A DNA stretch of 24,489 nt from a virus. Its lineage: Duplodnaviria > Caudoviricetes. The stretch's first letter is position 1. Each line of letters starts with the position of its first letter. A model generated the notes under the pieces. That model was not told the origin of the DNA. It made no database searches and worked only from the letters and a program-made list of their open reading frames with translations. This document shows, in pieces, positions 14,651 through 24,469 of the stretch. The position numbers and the translations under genes are program-made. The stretch covers positions 1-24,489 of IMG/VR virus record IMGVR_UViG_3300017913_000211, one strand, 5' to 3'.

Positions 14651-15401
14651 TGTTCACGAGCAACAAGAACTAATAGACAATGCCTACAGTGATGAGTTTT
14701 ACTATGGGTATTTAGGAAAGACTGCTTTCTCATCAAGCAACCTTAAACTGTTATTAGATAGTCCTAAAAGCTATCACTACGCTATGACCTACGGAAACGA
14801 GTCAAGCTCACAAGCTCTACGAGATGGCTACTTATTTCATATTATGGTGCTCGAGCCATCAAAAATGGACGATATAGTATTTGTAGAGGTGCAGAGTAAA
14901 AACACTAAAAAGTTTAAAGAAGCAAAAGCAGAATATCCAGACGTATTTACTGCAAAAGAGAGAGACGATGCCGAAAGGCTTGTAGATGCTATAAGTAAAA
15001 ACTCAAGAGCTATGGAACTAATGAGAGATAGCAGAACTGAAATACCAGCAGTAGGTAATCTTTTTGGCTACCCTTTTAGAGCAAAGGCAGATATCCTAAA
15101 AAACAAAGGAGGTATCGTTGATCTTAAAACTACGATAGACGTTAGAAACTTTAATAGAAGTGCCTATAAATTCCGTTACTTTTTACAAGTCTATATCTAC
15201 TGCCAACTATTTGACTGTAGCTATGACCAGTTTAAATTCCTATGTATAGACAAGAAAAATTTAGATATAGCAGTATGGGATGTTTCTAAAGAGTTTTATG
15301 AAGTGGGAGAGGAGCAAGTACAAAGAGCAATAGAAATATATGAAGAGTACAAAAGAGAGGACTTTGATGTTAATGATTTTACTATAACTGGTACACTATG
15401 A
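14625..15401 (+). CDS. RecE/exonuclease VIII-like PD-(D/E)XK nuclease (DUF3799-like)
   Basis: FSSSNLKLLL.SP, G.LFH..VLEP, FRAKADI...IVDLKTT and Y.LQVYIY. ATG 14625 is preferred over TTG 14610. Confidence 0.85.
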   Translation: MKIKLLDNSVHEQQELIDNAYSDEFYYGYLGKTAFSSSNLKLLLDSPKSYHYAMTYGNESSSQALRDGYLFHIMVLEPSKMDDIVFVEVQSKNTKKFKEAKAEYPDVFTAKERDDAERLVDAISKNSRAMELMRDSRTEIPAVGNLFGYPFRAKADILKNKGGIVDLKTTIDVRNFNRSAYKFRYFLQVYIYCQLFDCSYDQFKFLCIDKKNLDIAVWDVSKEFYEVGEEQVQRAIEIYEEYKREDFDVNDFTITGTL

Positions 15402-15799
15402 CACAGAGACAAATAAAAGACCTAAACTACATAAAAGACAGAATAGAGTTTTACACTGGTTTAGACGTAAGGACAGATACAAGAAAAAGAGAGTATGTAT
15501 ATGCAAGAATAGTATTCTCTAAAATAATGAGAGATAGGTTTTTTATGACTTATCAAACTATAGCAGATTACTTGGGTAGATCACACTGCCTAATATTATA
15601 CTCTTTAAACAACTGGGATACTATAGAAAAATACGAGAAAGAGCTTTACAAAGTCTATCAATACATACTGTTAGAGATGGACTCTGAACAAATCTATATA
15701 GGACGTAAACCGATAGGAGAGAAGCAAGATATAGATAAAGATATACTAAAGGTAAGAGAAGCTATAATAGATGCAGTAGAGAGCCTACAAATGGTTTAA
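15398..15799 (+). CDS. DnaA C-terminal-like HTH DNA-binding protein
   Basis: TRKREYVYAR.......TYQTIADYLGRSHCLILYS resembles DnaA domain IV. Confidence 0.65.
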   Translation: MTQRQIKDLNYIKDRIEFYTGLDVRTDTRKREYVYARIVFSKIMRDRFFMTYQTIADYLGRSHCLILYSLNNWDTIEKYEKELYKVYQYILLEMDSEQIYIGRKPIGEKQDIDKDILKVREAIIDAVESLQMV

Positions 15800-15812
15800 A
15801 AGCTACGTTATA
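15787..15812 (+). promoter_or_regulatory. Putative late promoter, copy 2
   Basis: ACAAA-14 nt-CGTTATA upstream of terS. Confidence 0.7.
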
Positions 15813-15828
15813 ATATAAAAGAACGATT

Positions 15829-16176
15829 ATGGCATACGACACAGAAGAGATAAGAAAGGAAAGTATAAAAGTAATTACAGAGAAAAATCTTGTATTTATA
15901 GGAGATATCTTTGGATACACTGCTTTTAGTAAAAGAGCTTTCTATGACCACAAACTGCACGAATGTAACGAGATAAAAAGAGCTTTGTCAAAAAACAGAG
16001 TTAATATGAAAGTAGAAATGAGACAGAAGTGGTATGAGTCAGATAACCCTACACTACAAATAGGACTAATGAAACTGATAGCAGATGATGAGGAAGCACA
16101 TAGACTCAATGGTACAAAGAGAGAGATAAAGCACGATACAACCGATAAAGAGATAAACATAAAGATACATAGATAG
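15829..16176 (+). CDS. terS: Terminase small subunit
   Basis: Immediately upstream of terL; contains FYDH, KWYESDNPTLQIGLMKLI and an INIKIH tail. Confidence 0.75.
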   Translation: MAYDTEEIRKESIKVITEKNLVFIGDIFGYTAFSKRAFYDHKLHECNEIKRALSKNRVNMKVEMRQKWYESDNPTLQIGLMKLIADDEEAHRLNGTKREIKHDTTDKEINIKIHR

Positions 16177-17330
16177 TGGACGTAAATGTCAATGTAGTAT
16201 TTGAGCATCTTTACGACAGTCAAAAAAAAATAGTAGTAGAGCAAGGTGGGACGAGGTCTGGAAAGACTTATAACATTTTGCTCTTTATCATTTTTCACTA
16301 CTGCCAAGTAAACACTGGTAAGACTGTTACGATATGCAGAAAGACCTTTCCAGCTTTAAGATCAACTGTAATGAGGGACTTCATAGAGATACTTAAAATA
16401 CATAATAAGTACGATGAAGCAAACCATAACAAAAGTAATAGCGAGTATAAGTTAGATGGTAATTTAGTAGAGTTTATATCGTTAGACCAGCCACAGAAAG
16501 TAAGGGGGCGTAAGAGAGACTTCCTATTTTTAAACGAGGCTAACTCTTGTACTAAAGAGGACTGGAGACAGTTAGCTTTTAGAACAAGTGAAAGAATAGT
16601 AATAGACTACAACCCATCAGACTTCTACCACTGGATATATGACGATGTAATAACAAGGGACGATGTAGACTTCTTTATAACAACCTACAAAGACAATAAG
16701 TTTTTAGATGCCAGTATAATAGAAGAGATAGAAAGACTAAAAGAAACAGACGAACACTACTGGAGGATATACGGACTGGGAGAGAGGGGGTATAGTAAAG
16801 CAACTATCTTCAAATACTACGAGACAGACAAAGTGCCAGAGGATGCAGAGTTTGTTAGCTTTGGTTTAGACTACGGATACACTAACGATCCTACTGCTAT
16901 GGTAGGGGTATGGAGGAGAGGTTATGACTTATACATAAAAGAATACATATACCAGACTATGATGACTGGTAAAGACATACACTACAAGCTAAAAGAAATA
17001 GGAGTAGAGAGAGAGGTAATATTTGGAGACAGTGCAGAGCCGAGACTAAATGACGAGCTACGCAAAATGGGATGGAATATAAGAGCTTCAGTAAAAGGCA
17101 AAGACTCTATCAATGCTGGTATAGACCTACTCAAGAGATACAAGATACATATAACCAAAGATAGCACTAACGCTATACAAGAGTTTAGAGACTATAAATG
17201 GAAAGAGGACAAGAGTGGTAAACTAACCAATGTACCAGAGGATAGAAATAACCACCTAATCGATGCCTCGAGATATAGCACTTACTCTATTATAAGCCAA
17301 CCTAATTTTGGTAAGTATGCAATTCGATAA
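16176..17330 (+). CDS. terL: Terminase large subunit (PBSX-like), GTG start
   Basis: QGGTRSGKT, FLNEAN, IDYNP, GLDYGYTNDPT, GDSAEP and NHLIDASRY. Confidence 0.95.
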   Translation: MDVNVNVVFEHLYDSQKKIVVEQGGTRSGKTYNILLFIIFHYCQVNTGKTVTICRKTFPALRSTVMRDFIEILKIHNKYDEANHNKSNSEYKLDGNLVEFISLDQPQKVRGRKRDFLFLNEANSCTKEDWRQLAFRTSERIVIDYNPSDFYHWIYDDVITRDDVDFFITTYKDNKFLDASIIEEIERLKETDEHYWRIYGLGERGYSKATIFKYYETDKVPEDAEFVSFGLDYGYTNDPTAMVGVWRRGYDLYIKEYIYQTMMTGKDIHYKLKEIGVEREVIFGDSAEPRLNDELRKMGWNIRASVKGKDSINAGIDLLKRYKIHITKDSTNAIQEFRDYKWKEDKSGKLTNVPEDRNNHLIDASRYSTYSIISQPNFGKYAIR

Positions 17331-17352
17331 ACTACAAATTTTATACGTTATA
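17327..17352 (+). promoter_or_regulatory. Putative late promoter, copy 3
   Basis: ATAAA-14 nt-CGTTATA upstream of the tail chaperone gene. Confidence 0.7.
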
Positions 17353-17357
17353 TTATT

Positions 17358-17999
17358 ATGAAGCTAAAGATTAATGTGCCTAATGACTTGTCAGAGATAA
17401 AGCTATCTGACTATGTTAAGTATTTAAAAGTAATAGAGGCTAACCAAGACGATGAGTATAGTGAGGCTTTTGTCCACGAGAAAGCTTTAGAGATATTTTG
17501 TGGTATACCACTATTAGAGTCAGTCAAGTATAAGATGTCTGACGTGAGAAAGGTAGTAGCTATAATCACAGAGACTCTAAATGACAAACCAGATTTAGTA
17601 AAGACTTTTAAGTTAGGAGATACCGAGTTTGGATTTATACCAAAGCTTGACGATATGACTTTTGGAGAGTATGTAGACTTGGATAGTAACTTGGGGGGAT
17701 GGGACAATATGTACAAAGTTATGGCAGTCCTATACAGACCTATCAAGCAAAAGGTAGGAGACAAATACCTAATAGAAGAGTATAGAGGAGATGCCTACTA
17801 CGATGCTATGTTACATACACCTATGGATGCAGTTATAAGTAGTATGCTTTTTTTTTACAATTTAGGGAGAGAATTGTCGATAGCTATGACGAAATATTTG
17901 GAGGAGGGGGAACTGGAGGACTCGATGCTCTCTCAAACTTCAATAATAAATGGGGATGGTATCAGAGCATACAAGCACTTGCTGGATTTGACATTATGA
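17358..17999 (+). CDS. Tail assembly chaperone (gpG-like)
   Basis: FGFIPKLDDMTFGEYVDLD and MAVLYRPI motifs; contains a T9 slippery run. Confidence 0.7.
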   Translation: MKLKINVPNDLSEIKLSDYVKYLKVIEANQDDEYSEAFVHEKALEIFCGIPLLESVKYKMSDVRKVVAIITETLNDKPDLVKTFKLGDTEFGFIPKLDDMTFGEYVDLDSNLGGWDNMYKVMAVLYRPIKQKVGDKYLIEEYRGDAYYDAMLHTPMDAVISSMLFFYNLGRELSIAMTKYLEEGELEDSMLSQTSIINGDGIRAYKHLLDLTL

Positions 18000-18109
18000 A
18001 AATAGATGAGGTTACAAGCCAGAATGTACACAAGTGCCTTTACGCTTTAGCCTTTATGAAAGACAAAACACAACTTGAGAGGAAACAAATAAAAAAGAAC
18101 TTTAAATGA
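17855..18109 (+). CDS. -1 frameshift extension of the tail chaperone (gpGT-like)
   Basis: After T9 (17848-17856) the -1 frame reads LQFRERIVDSYDEIFGGGG...KWGWYQSIQALAG...CLYALAFMKDK...NFK* and ends in an ATGA overlap with the gene at 18106. Confidence 0.8.
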   Translation, partial: LQFRERIVDSYDEIFGGGGTGGLDALSNFNNKWGWYQSIQALAGFDIMKIDEVTSQNVHKCLYALAFMKDKTQLERKQIKKNFK

Positions 18110-18585
18110 CCGCAATAAGACATAGAGGAGCTATAGCTTACTATGATGTAATGGAAACCCTTAAAGACCTACTACTGGCTGATCTGAATGTTAATACAGT
18201 AACTAAAGGAGACATTACACAAGTAAACCTAAACAAGCAAGATATCTTTCCGTTATGCCACATAATGATAAACAATATATCGGAGGATGGACAGACTATG
18301 ACCTTTAACTTTAGCATACTTGCTATGGACTTGGTAGACGTAAGTAAAGAGCCTACTACTGATATCTTTAGAGGTAATGATAATGAGATGGACGTACACA
18401 ACACACAGTTAGCAGTACTAAATAAATTTATACAACAGTTAAGACGAGGCAGTACACATAGAGAGGGATACCAAGTAGATGGTAGTACAACCTTTGAAGC
18501 CTTTAAAGATAACTTTGGAAACCAGTTAGCTGGGTGGTCAGTTACGTTCTCTTTAATAGTAATGAATAATATAGATATCTGTTGA
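18106..18585 (+). CDS. Tail terminator/completion protein (putative)
   Basis: 159 aa with IFPLCHI and F.DNFGNQLAGW motifs, in the tail module. Confidence 0.6.
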   Translation: MTAIRHRGAIAYYDVMETLKDLLLADLNVNTVTKGDITQVNLNKQDIFPLCHIMINNISEDGQTMTFNFSILAMDLVDVSKEPTTDIFRGNDNEMDVHNTQLAVLNKFIQQLRRGSTHREGYQVDGSTTFEAFKDNFGNQLAGWSVTFSLIVMNNIDIC

Positions 18586-19148
18586 GAACTGATAACTTTA
18601 AAAAAGAGTTAGAGAAGATTAGAGACCAGATAATTAAGGACTCTAAAAAGAATTTAGCGAGTCAAGGTAAGACTGGTCAGCTATATGAAAGTTTAGAAGC
18701 TACACCAGTAAAACAAACTAAAGACAGTCTATCCTTTCAAATTAAAATGGAGGACTATGGTAAGTTTGTAGACAAAGGGGTAAAGGGTAAAGACCCAAGT
18801 AAAGTAAAAGGAGGAGATAAAGCTATAAGAGGACAACAAGCTCCTAACAGTCCCTACAAGTTTGGTAGTGGTAATATGAGAGGTACTTTTGATGTCTTTG
18901 CAAATAGTGTAGGAGACTGGGCAAAGAGACGTAACTTTAGATTAAGAGATGAAAAAGGTAGATTTGTTAGAGGCACTTATGAAACTATAGGAAAGATTAT
19001 AGCTGGTAATATATATAACAGAGGTTTAAAGCCGAGTCTATTTTTTACAAAGGCTTTTGAGAAAGCACAAGAGACTACTACAAATAAACTGGAGAAAGCT
19101 CTAAAAATAGATGCAGAAAATATGATAGAAACAACTACAAGTAAATGA
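18582..19148 (+). CDS. Neck/tail-completion protein (putative), TTG start
   Basis: Basic; contains TGQLYESL, MEDYGKFVDKGVKG and IYNRGLKPSLFFTKAF. Confidence 0.6.
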   Translation: MRTDNFKKELEKIRDQIIKDSKKNLASQGKTGQLYESLEATPVKQTKDSLSFQIKMEDYGKFVDKGVKGKDPSKVKGGDKAIRGQQAPNSPYKFGSGNMRGTFDVFANSVGDWAKRRNFRLRDEKGRFVRGTYETIGKIIAGNIYNRGLKPSLFFTKAFEKAQETTTNKLEKALKIDAENMIETTTSK

Positions 19149-20281
19149 GTAAGATAAACACAAGAAGTCCGTACTATATACACGATACAGTAAGTGGGTT
19201 AGTTACTGATAGAATAGATTTATATATATACACTGGTACACAAGGTGTAGGAGCTACTGCAAATGACAGACCCTCTGACCCTACCTACCAATTAAGTAGT
19301 AACGCTATAGATGACAAAGTAACGTTTGAGATTAGCGAACTAATAAAAGACTACTTTACTAATGAGTTTGATGGAGACTATGCCAGTGATTTCTTTTGGG
19401 TAGACTATGAGATATACAGAAGCACTGCATCTACACCAGATTTCACAAGTCAAGGATGGGTACAGAAAAAAGGATTTTATGGTTATGGCTACTTTGAGGA
19501 TGGTGTAAACCCACAGAATGATAGTGGACTATTACAAACCAATACTAAAATAGTTAAGCTGGACGATGCACCAGCAGTAATACCAGTAGACACGTCAAAG
19601 GCTACACAAGTAACCTATGAGTTAAATGGAGAGCAGATATACACAAAAGCTATAAGCAGTAGTACAGAGAGTGATGAACAAATAGAATATGTTACAAGTG
19701 GTGTTAATGGTGCTGATGAGTTTGAGGATCGAGTAATACAAGATGGTGGTACTTTTGAGGGTAGTGTCTGTTTAGATGCTTTTGCTAATGAATTTACACT
19801 ATTTGACTTTGACACGATATATGTCGATACAGATGATGGTGTAATTAAGATTACAGTAGACAATATAGAGGAGTGTAAGTACCAGCCATACAAAGTAACC
19901 TTTATCAATAAGTTTGGAGCTTTACAAGATATATGGTTTTTCTTGGCAAGTAGAGAAACACTATCTACAAAAAAGGAAGAGTACAAACGTAACACAGTAG
20001 TAGATGGCAGTTACAGTATAAGCAAACACCAGCAAAAGATATTAGTTAAGAATGGTAAAGAGAAGCTATCACTAAACACTGGTTACTATCCAGAGGAGTA
20101 TAATGATGTATTTAAAGAAATGCAGTTAAGTGAGGACTGTTGGATAGAGGTAAATAGTCAAACTCTTCCTATAAACATATCCAGTAGCTCTTTAGCTTAT
20201 AAGACACACCTAAACGACAAACTAATAAACTACACTATAGAGATAGATTACGCTTTTGATACTATAAATAACATACGTTAA
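19145..20281 (+). CDS. Tail/baseplate protein (distal-tail-like)
   Basis: 378 aa; contains INTRSPY, FINKFGA.Q and LNTGY...YN..F.E..LSE..W. Confidence 0.6.
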   Translation: MSKINTRSPYYIHDTVSGLVTDRIDLYIYTGTQGVGATANDRPSDPTYQLSSNAIDDKVTFEISELIKDYFTNEFDGDYASDFFWVDYEIYRSTASTPDFTSQGWVQKKGFYGYGYFEDGVNPQNDSGLLQTNTKIVKLDDAPAVIPVDTSKATQVTYELNGEQIYTKAISSSTESDEQIEYVTSGVNGADEFEDRVIQDGGTFEGSVCLDAFANEFTLFDFDTIYVDTDDGVIKITVDNIEECKYQPYKVTFINKFGALQDIWFFLASRETLSTKKEEYKRNTVVDGSYSISKHQQKILVKNGKEKLSLNTGYYPEEYNDVFKEMQLSEDCWIEVNSQTLPINISSSSLAYKTHLNDKLINYTIEIDYAFDTINNIR

Positions 20282-22626
20282 TGCAGATAATAGAGCTTTA
20301 CATAAATGACACTAAAGTAGATTTGTTTAGTGATGAGAGTGTAACTATAACGGACTCAATACAGAACGTTAGAGACATAAGCAAAATCTTTGTACCCTTT
20401 AGTCAGCAGTTTAACCTACCAGCTTCTAAAACAAATAACAAGCTATTTAGCCACTACTACAACTATGACATAGATAATGGCTTTGATGCGAGGTATAAGG
20501 CTAATGCAGAAATAAAGCTAAACGGAGTAAACTACAAGAAAGGTAAGATAAGGTTAAACAGTGTTGATCTGAAAGACAATGCACCATACTCTTACAAGGT
20601 AGTATTCTTTGGAGATACTGTAGAGCTTAAAGAGAAGTTATCAGAACGTATGCTTAAGGATTTGCCTTATGATGAGAATATGAACTTTACCTACAATGCT
20701 ACTAATGTTTACTCAAAATTTACAACTGTAGAGAGTGGCAGTCCAGACGATGTAGTAGTACCTTTAATTACACACAGTAAAAGATTTGAGATACACGGAA
20801 ACGACAAGTATAGAGATAACGATAATAACGATTTAGATTATTTAGATTTAAAACCAGCAGTAAGGGTTAAAAAAATTATAGAGGCTATTGAGAGTGATGA
20901 CAGTATAGGTATAACTTTTAGTAGCGAGTTTTTTAACAGTGAAGAGTTTAATAACCTTTATTTGTGGCTACATAGAAACGAGGGTTATATCTCTAACGCT
21001 GATGAGGGTGGAGGTGTATTAACAGTTTTTAATAGAATGCACTTAAGCACTGACGAAAATGCTTGGGACTATGATAGTGCAGACCCTTTATCTGACCAAG
21101 ACTTACGTCCTTTAGACTTTGCTTACTTTCAAAATAACTCAACGTTTGTACAGAATGGAAACTTTGTAGGTAGATATGCTTTCGAATGGGATATTACAAC
21201 TTCAAGTACAGAGCCTTACACAATGACTGTAACCGATCCTAATGGAGTGGTACAAACACAAACTTTTGATGGTGGTTTAGACCAAACTTTAACTTGGGAG
21301 AGTCAGCCAATTAACTTGTCTACTTTAAACTATCAGCTACCTAACCCTTTAAACTATTTGTGTAAGGTAGAGAGTACTAATACGTTTACAATGACTCAAA
21401 CGTTAAGAGTAGATTTACAGTATAAGAGTCCATATGATGAAACTTACACTAACTCTCAAACTGCTATATACGATGCTTCCAGTAATGATATTACTAATAC
21501 ATTTTTTGTAGGAGAGAATATGCCTAAAATGAAAGTTTTTGATTTTCTTATAAATCTATTTAAGATGTTTAATCTGACTGCATATAAGGAAGATGACAAA
21601 ATTAGAGTAGAGACTTTAAATGACTTCTACAATGCTGGTAAAAGGTACGATATAACAAAGTATGTAGATATGAGTAAAAGCACTGTATCAAAGCTATTAC
21701 AGTATAAAAACATACTATTTAATTTTAAGTCTAAAGTAAGTCAGTTAGTACAATTCTCTGATGAGCTACAAGGCATACCTTTTGCACAAGAAAGCTATGG
21801 ATATGATCAGTGGGATGGTGGAGACTATAAGGTAGAGTTAGACTTTGAAAAGATGATGTACGAAAGGTTATTCGAGGCTGATGGTAGTACACTTACTCCA
21901 GTATGTCAAGGCACTATGATAGATAAAAAGGGAGAGCCTACTATTGGTCAGCCTTTATTATTGTATTGTATAGACACTGACCCAGATGACTATATAAATT
22001 TACAGAGTGGAGGGGGTACACCTACTAACTACAAAAGACCATCACAAATATTTGAGAACGCAAGTAATAGGACTGCACTTAATTTTGGTTTAGAGTCTGA
22101 CGAGTTTGAGTTTGAGCCTATAGGTACAAACCTATTTGAGAACTACTACAGAGACTATGTTGTAAGCCTATTCCACGTTAAAGGTAGAAAGGTAAATGTA
22201 AGTGCTTATCTACCACTACAAATCATATTAAGGTACAACCTAAACGATAGATTTATTATAGCTGGTAAGAGTTATAAAATAAACAGTATTAAGACTAACC
22301 TACTAACTAACAAAAGTGATTTAGAATTAATAAACGAGTTACAAAGTATTAGCGAGTTAGAAAGTGGTATAAACCAATTCGCTGGTAGAGTAGCACAACC
22401 TACAGTAACAACTAAAGATGCAAGTAGTGTAACATTATCTTGGGATGCAGTGAGTGGAGTAGCTGGGTATAAGTTATACATAGATGATTTATACGACCAA
22501 ACTGTATTAGGTACTTCTCACAAGTTTAGTCCTTTAGAAAGTGGTACTACATATAAGTTAGGGGTACAAGCTTCTTATACTAATTTTGATGCTAAAATTA
22601 CAGACACATTTGAAACAACAGACTAA
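20281..22626 (+). CDS. Tail tip / baseplate hub protein with C-terminal fibronectin type III domain
   Basis: N-terminus VDLFSDESV.ITDSIQNVRDI and FSQQFNLPAS..NN..F. C-terminal SVTLSWDAVSGVAGYKLY...LESGTTYKLGVQA is FN3-like. Confidence 0.7.
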   Translation: MQIIELYINDTKVDLFSDESVTITDSIQNVRDISKIFVPFSQQFNLPASKTNNKLFSHYYNYDIDNGFDARYKANAEIKLNGVNYKKGKIRLNSVDLKDNAPYSYKVVFFGDTVELKEKLSERMLKDLPYDENMNFTYNATNVYSKFTTVESGSPDDVVVPLITHSKRFEIHGNDKYRDNDNNDLDYLDLKPAVRVKKIIEAIESDDSIGITFSSEFFNSEEFNNLYLWLHRNEGYISNADEGGGVLTVFNRMHLSTDENAWDYDSADPLSDQDLRPLDFAYFQNNSTFVQNGNFVGRYAFEWDITTSSTEPYTMTVTDPNGVVQTQTFDGGLDQTLTWESQPINLSTLNYQLPNPLNYLCKVESTNTFTMTQTLRVDLQYKSPYDETYTNSQTAIYDASSNDITNTFFVGENMPKMKVFDFLINLFKMFNLTAYKEDDKIRVETLNDFYNAGKRYDITKYVDMSKSTVSKLLQYKNILFNFKSKVSQLVQFSDELQGIPFAQESYGYDQWDGGDYKVELDFEKMMYERLFEADGSTLTPVCQGTMIDKKGEPTIGQPLLLYCIDTDPDDYINLQSGGGTPTNYKRPSQIFENASNRTALNFGLESDEFEFEPIGTNLFENYYRDYVVSLFHVKGRKVNVSAYLPLQIILRYNLNDRFIIAGKSYKINSIKTNLLTNKSDLELINELQSISELESGINQFAGRVAQPTVTTKDASSVTLSWDAVSGVAGYKLYIDDLYDQTVLGTSHKFSPLESGTTYKLGVQASYTNFDAKITDTFETTD

Positions 22627-22766
22627 TGATTAGAGACATATTAGATGCTTTAGAGTTTGACTTTAAAGGACATTACATAGACATAGCAAAAGGCAAATAC
22701 AAAATGCCAGAGACACTAAAAGAGGGTTTACAACAAATTAAGAAAGAGGTATGGCACAACAAATAG
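22626..22766 (+). CDS. 46-aa protein before the tape measure gene (not in the ORF track)
   Basis: MIRDILDALEFDFKGHYIDIAKGKYKMPETLKEGLQQIKKEVWHNK*. TAATG-coupled. Confidence 0.7.
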   Translation: MIRDILDALEFDFKGHYIDIAKGKYKMPETLKEGLQQIKKEVWHNK

Positions 22767-24469
22767 AGTTAAATGTAATAGCTAAAACTAAACAAGCTGA
22801 AAAATCTCTATCTGATCTGAATAAAAATCTTGAAAAAGTAGCAGAGACTGGAGATAAAAACAGAGAGGGGTTTGAGTTACTTGATAAAGCTACTGGGGGA
22901 TATGCTGGTAAGATAAAAGATTTAGCTGGTAATATCACTGGTGCTATAAAAGGTGTTAAAGGTTTTGTAACTGCCTTAAAGGGAGTTAAAGGAGTTTTGT
23001 TAGCTACTGGTGTAGGTGCTTTAGTCGTGGCTTTAGGAACTATCATAGCTTATTGGGACGAAATAGTAGAATTGTTTGACAATGGTACTAAAGCTCTACA
23101 AAATCAAGAACAAGAGCATAGAGATATATTAGCAGTTACTGAACAAGAGTTAGCAGTAGCAGAAAATAACCAAAGAATATTAGAACTACAAGGCAAAAAT
23201 ACTACTGCTATTATAGAGGAGAAAAAGAAACTCCTTAAACAACAAATGTCAGAAAATGACCTACTGGTAGAAAATCTAAAAAACCAATTAGAGATTCTGT
23301 TAGCAGAGCAAAAAAGGTTTAAGCTATTTAGAGATAGAGAAGAGGAAGCAGAGGAGATAGCTAAAGTAGAGGAGAAGATTAACAAAGCTATACTTAATAG
23401 ACAAAAGTTAGAGATTAATCTTTTAGGTATAGAGAAAAAAGCTCAAGACGATAAAAAGAAAGCAGAGGAGGAGGATAAAAAGAGAAGAGAGGAAGCTAAT
23501 AAAAAAAGAAAGGAAGATCAAGAGAAAGCAAATAAGGAAGAGGAAGAGGCAGAGAAAAAGAAACAAGAAGCTCTTGAAAAAATTAGACAAGGCGAGATAG
23601 ACACAGAGGCAGAGAGAAGAGAAGAGGAAAAACGTAAAGTAGCACAACACTATAAAGAGTTAATAGATTTAGCCAAGTTATATGGAGAAGATACAAGTGC
23701 CTTAATAGAAGCACAAGCTACTAAAGAAAGAGAACTACAAGAAAAGTTTGACCAAGAGGATAAAGATAGGGTAAAGAAAAAGCAAGAAGAGGATAAGAAA
23801 AAGCGTGAGGAAGAGCAAGAAAAAAAGATAGAACAATTAGAGCTTGATAGAGAGTTTGATACCCTTACTTTTGATGAGCAGAGAGCTTTATTACAAGCTA
23901 GAGAGGATATACTTAAAGAAGATAAACTTTTAAGCACTAAACAACAAGAGGAGCTAGAGCAACAATTTGCAGATGCTAGAGTTAAAATAGCTGATGCTGA
24001 ATTTGAACAAAAACAAATGGCACTACAGACTTACGCTGGTGCTTTGTCAGATATTAGTGGGGTTATAGGAGAGGAAACTCAAGCTGGTAAGATGTTAGCA
24101 GTAGCATCGTCTTTAATTAGTACTTATTCTGCTATAGCTGGTCAGTTAGAAGCTTTTAGTGGAGTGCCAGTACCAGGTTATGCAATAGCACAAGCGATAG
24201 CAACTGGGGCTGTAGGATTTGCTAATGTTAAGAAGATTTTATCTACTAAAGTACCGACTAAATCTGGAGGTGGAGGAGGTGGAGGCTCTGTACCTACTGC
24301 ACAACCCCAAGCACCAAGTTTTAATATAGTAGGAGCTACAGAGACAAGCCAATTAGCAGAGGCAATAGGAGAACAAACACAAGAGCCAGTACAAGCGTAT
24401 GTAGTAGCTAATGACGTTACTACTGCACAGAGTCTACAGAACAATATTGTAGAGGGTGCTACACTTTAA
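22751..24469 (+). CDS. Tape measure protein
   Basis: 572 aa. Hydrophobic LLATGVGALVVALG segment, long E/K coiled coil, poly-Gly linker and C-terminal PVQAYVV..DVTTAQ. Confidence 0.85.
   Translation: MAQQIELNVIAKTKQAEKSLSDLNKNLEKVAETGDKNREGFELLDKATGGYAGKIKDLAGNITGAIKGVKGFVTALKGVKGVLLATGVGALVVALGTIIAYWDEIVELFDNGTKALQNQEQEHRDILAVTEQELAVAENNQRILELQGKNTTAIIEEKKKLLKQQMSENDLLVENLKNQLEILLAEQKRFKLFRDREEEAEEIAKVEEKINKAILNRQKLEINLLGIEKKAQDDKKKAEEEDKKRREEANKKRKEDQEKANKEEEEAEKKKQEALEKIRQGEIDTEAERREEEKRKVAQHYKELIDLAKLYGEDTSALIEAQATKERELQEKFDQEDKDRVKKKQEEDKKKREEEQEKKIEQLELDREFDTLTFDEQRALLQAREDILKEDKLLSTKQQEELEQQFADARVKIADAEFEQKQMALQTYAGALSDISGVIGEETQAGKMLAVASSLISTYSAIAGQLEAFSGVPVPGYAIAQAIATGAVGFANVKKILSTKVPTKSGGGGGGGSVPTAQPQAPSFNIVGATETSQLAEAIGEQTQEPVQAYVVANDVTTAQSLQNNIVEGATL

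Noticed and set aside
20257-20283. TACGTTAATG as a fifth late promoter
   Set aside because: It lacks the upstream AAA at the fixed spacing and is explained by the Ile-Arg-stop/start junction.
22826-22837. 12-nt match (AATCTTGAAAAA) to the reverse complement of the 1471-1538 sRNA candidate
   Set aside because: It is A-rich, internal to the tape measure CDS and not at a start, so it is likely chance.
594-24444. All minus-strand ORFs in the supplied track
   Set aside because: Each lies antisense to a well-supported + strand gene and has no start context or motif. Those at 22738-24444 are shadows of the E/K-rich tape measure.
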